From positions 1 through 56,609 of the IMG/VR virus record IMGVR_UViG_3300028615_000096: a stretch of DNA of 56,609 nt. One strand, written 5' to 3'. This DNA comes from a virus. Its lineage: Duplodnaviria > Caudoviricetes. This document shows, piece by piece, positions 1 to 9,100 of the stretch. The position numbers and the translations under genes were made by a program. How positions within the stretch are numbered: the stretch's first letter is position 1; each line of letters starts with the position of its first letter. A model generated the notes under the pieces. It searched no databases. It was not told the origin of the DNA and worked only from the letters and a program-made list of their open reading frames with translations.

Positions 1-1
1 C

Positions 2-316
2 AGCACGCTCAGTGGCGTGATGAAGGAGCTGGGCGTGGACCTCACCGAGGAGCAGGTCGAGAAGATGCTGGAGGCGCTTCCGGTGGAAGAGCCGCCGGCA
101 CCGGCCGCCACGCCCGAACCGGTGGCCAAGGCCGTCGAGACGGTCAACGAAGAGATGGCCAAGGTCATGAAGGCGGTGAGCGCGCTCACCGAGAAGGTGG
201 ACAAGGCACTGGTCCGGCCCGCAGCGCCGGCCAGCACGCCGAACGACGACGACCCGCCCAGCTCGGGTCCCGAGAACCTCGGTCACCCGTCCCGTGGCGG
301 GCGCTGGGTGCTCTGA
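2..316 (+). CDS. 3' end of head scaffold / prohead protease (XkdF-like) gene, truncated by window start
   Basis: Frame is open to the window edge. Acidic, Pro/Ala-rich coiled-coil C-terminus directly upstream of the capsid gene. Confidence 0.55.
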   Translation, partial: STLSGVMKELGVDLTEEQVEKMLEALPVEEPPAPAATPEPVAKAVETVNEEMAKVMKAVSALTEKVDKALVRPAAPASTPNDDDPPSSGPENLGHPSRGGRWVL

Positions 317-349
317 AGCTGCTCTACTGAGGAGAGGAACGGCAAAGTC

Positions 350-1282
350 ATGAAGGAAAACCGCGACATCATCCAGAAGGCTGATTTCCTCCTGGCGCAG
401 CTTGCACCGGGTGGTCTGCTTCAGCCGGCGCAGGCCGATCGGTTCATCCGGTTGGCCATCGACCGCAGCGTGCTCATCAGCCAGATGCAGCGGATCGACA
501 TGCGCAGCCCCAAGGAGCTGCGTGAGAAGATCCGCTACGGCAGCCGCGCCCTCCGGAAGGGCACGGAGGCCACGGCGTTGCCCGAGGCGCTCCGCTCCCG
601 GCCGGACACCGACAAGGTCGAGCTGGACGCCCAGCTCGTGAAGGCGGAGACGCGCCTCTCCTTCGAGGCCCTGGAGGACTCCATCGAGCGCGGCAACTTC
701 GAGCAGACGGTGCGGGACACCATGGCCGAGCGCATCAGCCTCGACCTGGAGGACCTGGCCGTCAACGGCGACACCGCCTCCGCGGACAACCTGCTGTCCA
801 CCCTGGACGGCTTCCGCAAGCAGGCCACCACCAACATCTCCCTCGCGGGCGGTGCCACGCTGAACCGCGAGATCCTGAAGGACGCGCTCAAGACGATGCC
901 GAGCGAGTTCCGCCGCGACAAGCGCTCCATGCGCTTCATCACGGCGGACGAGGCCGTCATCGACTACCAGGAGTTCCTGGGCGACCGTCAGACCATGATG
1001 GGCGATGACCACGTGAGCGGCACCACCGTGGCGCCGTTCCAGGGCATCCCCCTGATGGACGTGCCGGTCTTCCCGGTCAACCTGGGCGGCGGCACCGACG
1101 AGACGGAGATGCTGTTCACCGATCCGTCCAACATGCTGTTCGGCGTGTGGCGCAACATCCGCCTGGACACGGACCGCGACATCTCCGCGGGCGTGTTCGT
1201 CATCGTCGTCACCGCCCGCGTGGACTTCAAGTTCGCGCACGAGCCGGCGGTCGTGAAGACCACGGGAATCAAGGCGGTCTGA
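350..1282 (+). CDS. Major capsid protein (HK97-like fold)
   Basis: 310 aa; motifs GGLLQPAQADRFI, DLEDLAVNGD, GIPLMDVP, TARVDFKF typical of XkdG-like capsids; GGAG RBS; position in operon. Confidence 0.9.
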   Translation: MKENRDIIQKADFLLAQLAPGGLLQPAQADRFIRLAIDRSVLISQMQRIDMRSPKELREKIRYGSRALRKGTEATALPEALRSRPDTDKVELDAQLVKAETRLSFEALEDSIERGNFEQTVRDTMAERISLDLEDLAVNGDTASADNLLSTLDGFRKQATTNISLAGGATLNREILKDALKTMPSEFRRDKRSMRFITADEAVIDYQEFLGDRQTMMGDDHVSGTTVAPFQGIPLMDVPVFPVNLGGGTDETEMLFTDPSNMLFGVWRNIRLDTDRDISAGVFVIVVTARVDFKFAHEPAVVKTTGIKAV

Positions 1283-1318
1283 GGCCCGGCGCCCTAGCCC
1301 AACAAGGAGAGAACTGAC

Positions 1319-1642
1319 ATGCCGATCACCGTCAACAGCCTGGGCAACAGCGGCGGCCAGCCGTCCGCACCGCTTCGGGCAGTCGAACTCGACGTGGACC
1401 TCGACAACAGCTACCCCACGGGCGGCTACGACGTCACGGCAGATCTGCCGGACGGGTCCACCCTCCGATGGAGCCCCCGGGTTCAGGTCAGCGACGGCAC
1501 CACGCCGATCCTGCTGGCCCTGGTCCAGGTGGGAACCTCCATCTTCGTCCAGGCGTTCGTCGAAGCGACGGGCGCCGAGGTGGCCAACACCACCGACCTC
1601 TCCGCCTACACGGGCGTCAAGGTCGGCGGCATGGTGGAGTGA
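1319..1642 (+). CDS. Head decoration/accessory protein
   Basis: 107 aa after capsid; AAGGAG RBS; SYPTGGY and EVANTTDLS motifs. Confidence 0.6.
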   Translation: MPITVNSLGNSGGQPSAPLRAVELDVDLDNSYPTGGYDVTADLPDGSTLRWSPRVQVSDGTTPILLALVQVGTSIFVQAFVEATGAEVANTTDLSAYTGVKVGGMVE

Positions 1643-1648
1643 TCTGCC

Positions 1649-1876
1649 ATGCCCGCGGTCAAGACCAACCACTTCGAGGGTGGCCGGAACCTCACCAAGC
1701 ACGGTGACTCCGGCGCCGACCTCGCATCCATCCTCCGGTCGAGCGTGGATGACAACACGGAGCTGCGCACGCAGTTCATCGCGCTGCTCGCCAAGCTGGA
1801 CGCAGATGTCGGTGTCACGGACACGGATTATGCGGCCACCTTGACGCCGGCCGCGCTGACGCTTACCAAGGCGTAA
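1649..1876 (+). CDS. Small head-associated protein
   Basis: 75 aa in operon with a helical LLAKLDAD segment. Confidence 0.6.
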   Translation: MPAVKTNHFEGGRNLTKHGDSGADLASILRSSVDDNTELRTQFIALLAKLDADVGVTDTDYAATLTPAALTLTKA

Positions 1877-1895
1877 GAGCATCACACGGGAGCTG

Positions 1896-1924
1896 ACGCC
1901 CCGGCCTGCCGCCGGGGCGTTGGT
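1896..1924 (+). terminator. GC hairpin, possible terminator or stabiliser after head genes
   Basis: ACGCCCCGGC-ctgcc-GCCGGGGCGT 10-bp stem followed by a weak T tract. Confidence 0.4.
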
Positions 1925-1950
1925 ATCTCGGGGGAAGGTGAGAGGAATCC

Positions 1951-2475
1951 ATGGCAGAGGCAGATCTCTACGTACGGCTGGCTCCGTACAACAAGCGTCT
2001 GGGGCAGCTGGCACGCCGGTGCACGCTGGGCGGCCGCACGTTCGTGGCCGGCGAGTGGTACACGCTGCCCGCGGACTGGGCCAAGCGCCTGAACTCGATC
2101 AGACAGGACTCCGGCGCACCCATGTTCGAGGTGATGGACGGCGAGGAGTTCAACGCCACCGCGCGCCGTGAGATGGCGGCGGCGATGACGGCCGCCGGAC
2201 TCAGCGGCCTGGCCGCGCAGGGCGCCGCGGAGTTCCCCACCGTCACCAAGCAGAAGGAAGGCCCCAAGGAGAGCGCCTTCGCCGGCCTCGACAAGGCCGT
2301 GGGTGAGGTGAACATGGGTGGCCCGCCCGCGGCCGCCGTGCCCGTCGACTCCCCCGCCGCAGCGCCGCCGGCCACGTCCGTGGACGTGACCAGCGCGGAC
2401 GTGGCGCCGCCGTCCCAGCTGGACGACGGCGACGACGGTGACGGGGACGGCGATGACGGCGAGCAGCCCTACTGA
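1951..2475 (+). CDS. Hypothetical head-module protein with low-complexity acidic tail
   Basis: 174 aa; GAGG RBS; high GC3 codon bias. Confidence 0.75.
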   Translation: MAEADLYVRLAPYNKRLGQLARRCTLGGRTFVAGEWYTLPADWAKRLNSIRQDSGAPMFEVMDGEEFNATARREMAAAMTAAGLSGLAAQGAAEFPTVTKQKEGPKESAFAGLDKAVGEVNMGGPPAAAVPVDSPAAAPPATSVDVTSADVAPPSQLDDGDDGDGDGDDGEQPY

Positions 2476-4243
2476 GGCTGAGGCCGCCGCCCGCCAAGCC
2501 AACGATCCGGAACGCTGGGATCAGCTGTGGGGCAAGGAGGGCGCAGGTACGTGGCGCAAGCGCGCGCTGGCGGACGTCTACGATCGCATTTGCCACATCA
2601 TGCCCGAGGGCGCCCGCGTCGTTGACGTAGGCGGGGGCGTGGGGGCGCTGGCAGAGTTGCTCATGCAGGCCGGCTGCGCCTCCGTGGAGGTCTGGGACCA
2701 CTCGGAGACCGCCCTGGAGGTTGCGGAGCGCAACGAGGGCGTGACGGGCCGCCTGGTGGACCTGGAGGCGGTAGGAGAGCCTCTGCCCCTCATCGAGAAC
2801 GCGGACGTGGTGGTTGCCACGGAGCTGCTGGAGCACCTTTCCGCCTACGCGCGGGACACGCTGGTCACGGACATCTGCCAGGCAGAGGGCGTACACTCCG
2901 CGATCTTCTCCATCCCCAACGACTGCATGGGGCCGGACGTGGAGCCGCAGCACTCCATCCAGTGGACCGCCATGGACTTCAAGCGGTTCCTGCAGGACTA
3001 CTTCTCGGACGTCCGCATCGAGGTCTTCGGCCGCTACCAGATGGCGGTGTGCGGCGAGATGGCCAAGAAGGCGTTCACCCTCTCGGTGTGCCTGCCGGTG
3101 CGCGACGAGGAGGCGGACCTGGAGCGCGTGCTGGCGTCCTTCCGCGGCGCCGCAGACCAGATCGTGGTGGGCGTGGACCCGCGCACGGTGGACGGCACGC
3201 GGGAGATCGCGGCCAAGTACGCGGACCTGGTCTTCGAGCTGGAGGACCCGGCTCTGGAGGATCTGGATAACGCCAACCTGTACGTGGACGCGGACAAGGT
3301 GCGCCCGGACGGCGTGCACTTCAGTTGGGTCCGCAACCAGTGCATGGACCGGTGCACTGGGGACTGGATCTTCATGACGGAGGGGCACGAGTCGCTGGCG
3401 GAAGGCCAGGACCGGCTGCTCAACCTGGACGCGCTGGTGCCGGAGAACTCGCCGGTCTGCATGGTCTGGCGGTCCGGCCAGGGCCAGCGCTGGGCGTTCC
3501 CGTGGCTCTGCCGCCGGGAGGCTGGGTTCCGGTATGAGCGCAGCACGCACAACGAGCTGGTGTTCCCGCGCAAGACGCTGGTGACCAAGCTCCCGGGCGT
3601 GCGTACGGACCACTTCCGCGACCACTCGCGCTCGGAGTCCCGCGCCGCGCAGCGTCGGGCGCAGAACCGCCGCACGCTGATGGACGACTGGATGAGCAGG
3701 AAGAACGAGCAGAGCTTGTTCTACCTGGGGCAGGAGTGGCGCGGCATCGACCCCGCGCGCTCCATCGATCGCCTGCAGGCGTTCCTCGCCACCTCGAACA
3801 ACGGCTGCAACAAGTATCAAGCCCGGTTGGTGCTTGCAAAGGAGTTGTACGGCCTTGGCAAGCGGCGTGAGGCTGAAGAAGTTCTGCTTGGTTGCGCACA
3901 GGACGACTGGAGCCGCACGGAGCATTGGATCTGGCTCGGAGACATCAACTTCGAGCACGAAGACTACGCGCGCGCCTACCAGTTCTATCGTTACGCCACG
4001 ACCTCGATCGGTGACCCGCCGTTCACGGTGTGGTGGATCTCCATGGACAGCTACACGTACCTACCCGCGCAGCGCATGACGGCAGCTGCGGCCGCGGTGG
4101 GGCGCCTCGAAGAGGCTTGCCACTGGGCGGAAAAAGCGGCATCGTTGTTGCCGAGCGATACGCCCGACGCCGTACGGGCGGAAGCAGAGGCAAACGTTCG
4201 GCTTCTCCGGGAGACACTCGATGGATCAGCAGAGCCTAGTTGA
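2453..4243 (+). CDS. Class I SAM methyltransferase - GT2 glycosyltransferase - TPR fusion
   Basis: VVDVGGGVG SAM motif and ELLEHL; then LSVCLPVRDEEADLERVLAS...D.T.EIA and FSWVRNQ...CTGDWIF (GT2); helical TPR-like C-terminus. Start could be GTG 2438. Confidence 0.85.
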   Translation: MTASSPTEAEAAARQANDPERWDQLWGKEGAGTWRKRALADVYDRICHIMPEGARVVDVGGGVGALAELLMQAGCASVEVWDHSETALEVAERNEGVTGRLVDLEAVGEPLPLIENADVVVATELLEHLSAYARDTLVTDICQAEGVHSAIFSIPNDCMGPDVEPQHSIQWTAMDFKRFLQDYFSDVRIEVFGRYQMAVCGEMAKKAFTLSVCLPVRDEEADLERVLASFRGAADQIVVGVDPRTVDGTREIAAKYADLVFELEDPALEDLDNANLYVDADKVRPDGVHFSWVRNQCMDRCTGDWIFMTEGHESLAEGQDRLLNLDALVPENSPVCMVWRSGQGQRWAFPWLCRREAGFRYERSTHNELVFPRKTLVTKLPGVRTDHFRDHSRSESRAAQRRAQNRRTLMDDWMSRKNEQSLFYLGQEWRGIDPARSIDRLQAFLATSNNGCNKYQARLVLAKELYGLGKRREAEEVLLGCAQDDWSRTEHWIWLGDINFEHEDYARAYQFYRYATTSIGDPPFTVWWISMDSYTYLPAQRMTAAAAAVGRLEEACHWAEKAASLLPSDTPDAVRAEAEANVRLLRETLDGSAEPS

Positions 4244-4715
4244 AGACACGATCAAGGCCGGCGGCACCGTCACCGTCGAGGTCATCCGTGACGGGAAGTA
4301 CGGACCGGAGGTCATCCAGAAGGTGGTGGTCCCCAACCTGGTCGTGAACATCGGCAAGCGGCAGCTGCTGCGTCTGGGCTCCGGCCTCCAGTCCAAGTTC
4401 TTCGACCAGTTCCGCATCGGCACCTCGCCGGCGGCCCCCGCGGTGGGCAACAGCAACGTGCTGAGCCCGGTGGCCGGCACGCTGAACACGGCGGACAGCA
4501 AGACCTTCATCAGCATCACGACTGGCCACGAGTGGGTCATCAGCTACCCCTCCGGCGGTGGTTCGATCTCCGCCAACGGCATCGCGGAGGTGGCGCTGCT
4601 GAACGAGAACACGTCGCCCGGCGGCTCGGCGCTCATGCGCGCGCTGATCTCGCCCACGGTCAACAAGACCACGGCCGACAAGCTGAAGATCACGTACCAG
4701 CTCCGCGTGACCTGA
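4221..4715 (+). CDS. Small beta-rich structural protein (collar/fibre subunit-like)
   Basis: 164 aa; NLVVNIGK...RIGTS...IAEVALLN...VNKTTADKLKITYQL pattern seen in phage collar-fibre-like proteins. Confidence 0.7.
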   Translation: MDQQSLVEDTIKAGGTVTVEVIRDGKYGPEVIQKVVVPNLVVNIGKRQLLRLGSGLQSKFFDQFRIGTSPAAPAVGNSNVLSPVAGTLNTADSKTFISITTGHEWVISYPSGGGSISANGIAEVALLNENTSPGGSALMRALISPTVNKTTADKLKITYQLRVT

Positions 4716-4906
4716 TGGCCGGTGTCATCCGGGACAGGCTTGAGGCTGTGGACCGGGTCACGGCGACGACGACCCGGGAGCCAGAACCGATCAAGCACCC
4801 CTGCCCCAAGTGCGGCAAGGGGTCCCGGCAGCACAAGAAGAGGGGCGTGCGCATCTGCGCCGCCCGCACCTGTCGCGCCGTCTTCTCCGAGGGTACGCTG
4901 CACTGA
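4715..4906 (+). CDS. Small zinc-ribbon protein
   Basis: TGATG coupling to upstream gene; CPKC...CAARTC; 63 aa. Confidence 0.6.
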   Translation: MAGVIRDRLEAVDRVTATTTREPEPIKHPCPKCGKGSRQHKKRGVRICAARTCRAVFSEGTLH

Positions 4907-4969
4907 GGCCCGGGCGTACGCCGCCCCGTTCGGGCGCCACAGTCTTGGCGGCACTGAGCGAGGTGGACG

Positions 4970-5422
4970 ATGCTTCAGGCTATTTTGGTGGTGTTGATCG
5001 GGGCTTGGGCGGTGTTCGGCACCTCGACCCCGGAGGATGCGTTGGCGGCGCACCGCGACGGTGCGTACGTGGAGCTGGAGAGCCCCGCGGAGTTGGGGGA
5101 GCAGCTGCACGCGCAGTTGAGCGGGCCGCTGGCGGCCGGCGACCTGAACGCCTACTTCACGGTGCGCCACACGGGGCACAAGCGCGACTCCATGGGAGTG
5201 GACGTGCACGTGTGGGAGGGGGAGCCCTACACTGAGGGCGCCACCGTCGCGTGCGTGATCTACGTGGACCACGCGGTGCCCGCGCGCGATCCGCGGTTCC
5301 CGATCCACAAGCAGTTCAGCTGCCCCACAGCCGTTGCGGACCCCTGGGTGGAGCTGGAGGTGGTCTCGGTCATTGGCTCCGACGTCGGGCTGCTCATCGA
5401 CTACATGGCCATGGAGCAGTGA
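4970..5422 (+). CDS. Secreted/membrane-anchored beta-sandwich protein
   Basis: GAGG RBS; hydrophobic N-terminus MLQAILVVLIGAWAVFG; similar to the next ORF. Confidence 0.7.
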   Translation: MLQAILVVLIGAWAVFGTSTPEDALAAHRDGAYVELESPAELGEQLHAQLSGPLAAGDLNAYFTVRHTGHKRDSMGVDVHVWEGEPYTEGATVACVIYVDHAVPARDPRFPIHKQFSCPTAVADPWVELEVVSVIGSDVGLLIDYMAMEQ

Positions 5423-5425
5423 CAC

Positions 5426-6109
5426 GTGGCGATCCTCGTCCCCATTGCCAGCCGCCTGACCGGCACGTGGTCGGTCAACGGCGCTGCGTCTGCGCACGCG
5501 GCGCTGTCGGATGGTTCTGAGGCGAGCGACATCCAGACGGACGAGGTGAATACCGCGCGCCTGGTGGTGCAGATGAGCCCCGGCGCGATCTCGCAGGAGG
5601 GCGATCTCACCTACCGGGTGCGCATCGAGCACAACGGCAACCCGCAGGACAGCAGCGAGGCGACCGTCAACGTCTACCAGGGCGACCCCGATGCCGGAGG
5701 ACGCCTGGCCCTGGATCTGTTCAACGACATGGGCATCCCGCGCAACACGCAGACCGTGGAGCGCACGCTGACGCGCCCGCAGCAGCGCGCGCTCGGCAAC
5801 CTCGACGACGTGTGGCTGGAGGTGTTCATCGGCCGCAACGATGGCGGGGTGACCATCTACTGGTTCGAGTTGGAGGTGCCGGACGATCCGGTGGGCACCT
5901 GGAACTTCGACCTGAGCGCGGTACCTCTCAACACCCTGGTGTGGTTCCAGATGACCGATGGCCGGGCGCGGCAGGGGCGCCGGTTGTCCAACCTGGAGTA
6001 TGACGACGGCGCGGGCAACGCCATCGAACTGGACCAGCACAACTTCCCCAAGGACGCAGACGGCAAGCGAGAGGCATCTCGCGCTGTGATCGCCTGGGGA
6101 GCTATCTAA
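5426..6109 (+). CDS. Beta-sandwich virion accessory protein
   Basis: 227 aa in operon; shares GDL...H.G...DS...V.V..G.P motif with 4970-5422. Confidence 0.7.
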   Translation: MAILVPIASRLTGTWSVNGAASAHAALSDGSEASDIQTDEVNTARLVVQMSPGAISQEGDLTYRVRIEHNGNPQDSSEATVNVYQGDPDAGGRLALDLFNDMGIPRNTQTVERTLTRPQQRALGNLDDVWLEVFIGRNDGGVTIYWFELEVPDDPVGTWNFDLSAVPLNTLVWFQMTDGRARQGRRLSNLEYDDGAGNAIELDQHNFPKDADGKREASRAVIAWGAI

Positions 6110-6112
6110 GAT

Positions 6113-9100
6113 ATGGCGATCCCGACCGTCGAAGGCGTGGTCACCGCCAACGCCACTTCCGGCACCTCAGCCACGCCGGACATCAGCACCATCGACGGCG
6201 GCAGTGCGCCTACAGTGGGCGATCTGATCTTTGTGCACCTGTGCATCCAGGATGCCTCAGCCACCCTTGACCAGCACATTGACGCGCCGGACGGCTACCA
6301 CAATGGAGGGCACACCTACAACAACGAGGTCGACGCCATCTTCTGGAAGATCTGGGAGAGCGGCGATGACACCACACCGACGTTCTCCTGGCCGAACAGC
6401 GGTGACAATGCGATCGCGGTGTACTGCATCCGGGGTGTGGACCAGACCCGGCCCATCGCGAGGCAGTCCATCAACCGCTACGACGACTCCAACTTCGTGT
6501 GGCTCTCGGAGACCACACCCGTGGCGGACTGCCTGGCTTTGGCGTTGGCGAGCTGCGACGACAACCGATCGGGCTCTACCGCTCCGAGCGGGTGGACAGA
6601 GCAGGTTGACCAGGAAGCGGGCACTAACATCGGCCAGTGGGGCATGACGCAAGGGTTCGCGTCTGCTTCCAGCTCCACAGGTACGGCCACGATGGACATC
6701 GGCGGTGTCGGCACCGAGACCAACCAGAGCCGCATGATCATCCTCCAGCCGCCGCAGACGGCGACTCCGAAGGACATCCGCGTAGCGACGGGCTCCCTGA
6801 CTTCGCCGACGAGCACCGGCAACCAAGACATCACGGGCCTCGGATTCGACTGCAAGGCGCTCATCATCTATGGGATGCGCGTCAACTCCACGACTGTGCT
6901 CACGGATGCCGAGTACGTGCATGGCATCGGCGCCGACGACGGAGTGACAACGGCGGCGCAGCGGTGCGCGGGCGTGTGGAAGGACAACGGGGTCAGTGCG
7001 GCCACGGGCTGGAGCCGCAATGGCGAGATCATCGCCATGTACTTCGTGCCCAACACGACTTTGGGCAGTCCTGATCTGCTGGCGGCATACAGCCGCATCA
7101 CGGACGGCTTCCGGCTCAACTGGACCGCGGTAGACACGTCAGGTTGGGTGTTCAACTACATCGCCTTCGGAGGCGCCGACCTGGAAGCGGTGTGCGGAGC
7201 CGAGCAGGGTTCGACCTCGCCTGTGTCCGGTCTTCCGTGGCGCCCGGATATGGTGCACGTGTGCGGCCAGAACCTTGACAGCGATGCCGATCAGCTTCGT
7301 AACGGTGATCTTCTTGGGCTCATTACCGTGGGCTACCTCGACCCGCAGGCCGGTATGGGATGGAACGTCCCTCTCGACCTCAACACCTCCTCGGCGTTGC
7401 GCGAGAATGCGTTCTACTCCCAGGTGAACAGTGGCGCGCTGACGTACGACCTCCAGTTTGCGCAGACCACGAGCGATGGATGGAGTTGGGACGGGAGTGA
7501 TACCGACTACTTCTTCTACCTTGCGCTCAACTGGGATAACGCCACCTACTTCCCGGCACAGCTCGACATCCTACAGGCTGACACCTCCGGTACCGGAGGA
7601 CAGGATCAGGACGTGCCGCGCTTCGGAGTGGGGCAAACCTTCACCACCAAGAAGCTGGTTCACGTGGTGCTCAACGATCCGGACACCAACGTGTCTGCGG
7701 GCGACTTCGGGCATGGTGAGGGGCACGTCAAGTTCAGCTACTCCGTTGTGGACGAGGACGTGGTGGCCTTCGGCTTCGACGACTCGGCGAACGGCGCTGA
7801 GAGACGGCGTCAGCCGGACGACACGTTCTTGATGGCCACGCCGCCGGACTTGGATAGCCCGGGCAAGATCGGTGACTTCGTTGACCTGGACACCATTGAC
7901 TGGGCGACGAACAACACCACCGGCTACTTGATCGGCATGTTCACCCTGGGCTTCATCGGCCAGGAGTACGACCGCACGGCCACGGACACCATGGGGGTGG
8001 CGGACACCACGGACCGGGAAGTGAACTACTCCCGGACCGACATCGACACGGCCAGCCTCGCGGAGGCGGTCGAGCGTGTGGTGGACTACGTGCGGTCTGC
8101 CACGGACGCGGTGTCTCTGGCGGAAGTGCTGCAGGCCAGCATGACCTTCGACAGGCTGCTCACGGACGCCATCACGTTGGTGGACGTGGTCACCTACGTG
8201 TTCACCCCGGGCGCGGGCGGTGAGCTGTTCGAGCGTACGATCACGGACACCATCACGTTGGCGGAGACGATCGCGCGGAACATGGAGATGGAGCGCGAGC
8301 AGGCGGACACCATGACCCTGGCAGAAGCCGTGGCGCGGGAGCACGACGCCACGCGGCCGGTGCTGGACACCTTGTCCCTGCTCGACAGCACGCAGGCCAC
8401 CATGACTTTCGATCGCGTGCTCACTGATGTCATCACGTTGGCTGAGGCCGTGGCGCGCGTGGCGGATTACAGCCGCACCCAGACGGATGTGGCTCCGCTG
8501 GTGGAGTCCGTGCTTCGCGAGGTCGACTACTCGCGGCTCATCACCGACGTCATCACGCTGGCGGAGTTCGTCCAGGCCGGCTTCATCTTCGAGCGGGACG
8601 TCACGGACGCGATCGGCCTGGCAGACTCTGTGCAGCGGGAGGTGGACTACTCCCGCCCCATCACGGATGCGGTGACGTTGGCGGAGGTGACGGCGCGCAG
8701 CTTGGACACGTCCCGCGCGGTCACGGATGCCGTGGGCCTCACGGAGGGTGTGCTCCGGGAGGTGGACTACTCCCGCACGATCGCAGACGCCATTACACTG
8801 GTCGATACGGCGCAGGCCGGTTTCATCTTTGCGCGCACCGTGGTGGACGTCATCACGCTCGCAGAGGCGTTGGCGCGTGAGGCGGATTACAGCCGCCCCC
8901 TTGCTGACGTGGCGCCTTTGGCCGAGGCCGTGCAGCGGGAGGTGGACTACTCCCGGGCCGTGGTGGACGCCATCTCCCTTGTGGACGTGGTGCAGGCCGG
9001 CTTCATCTTCGAGCGCCTGATCGCGGACACCATCTCGTTGGTCGACGCGGTGGCGGCGGAGATGACTTTTGATCGCGTGCTCACGGACACGGTGGGCACT

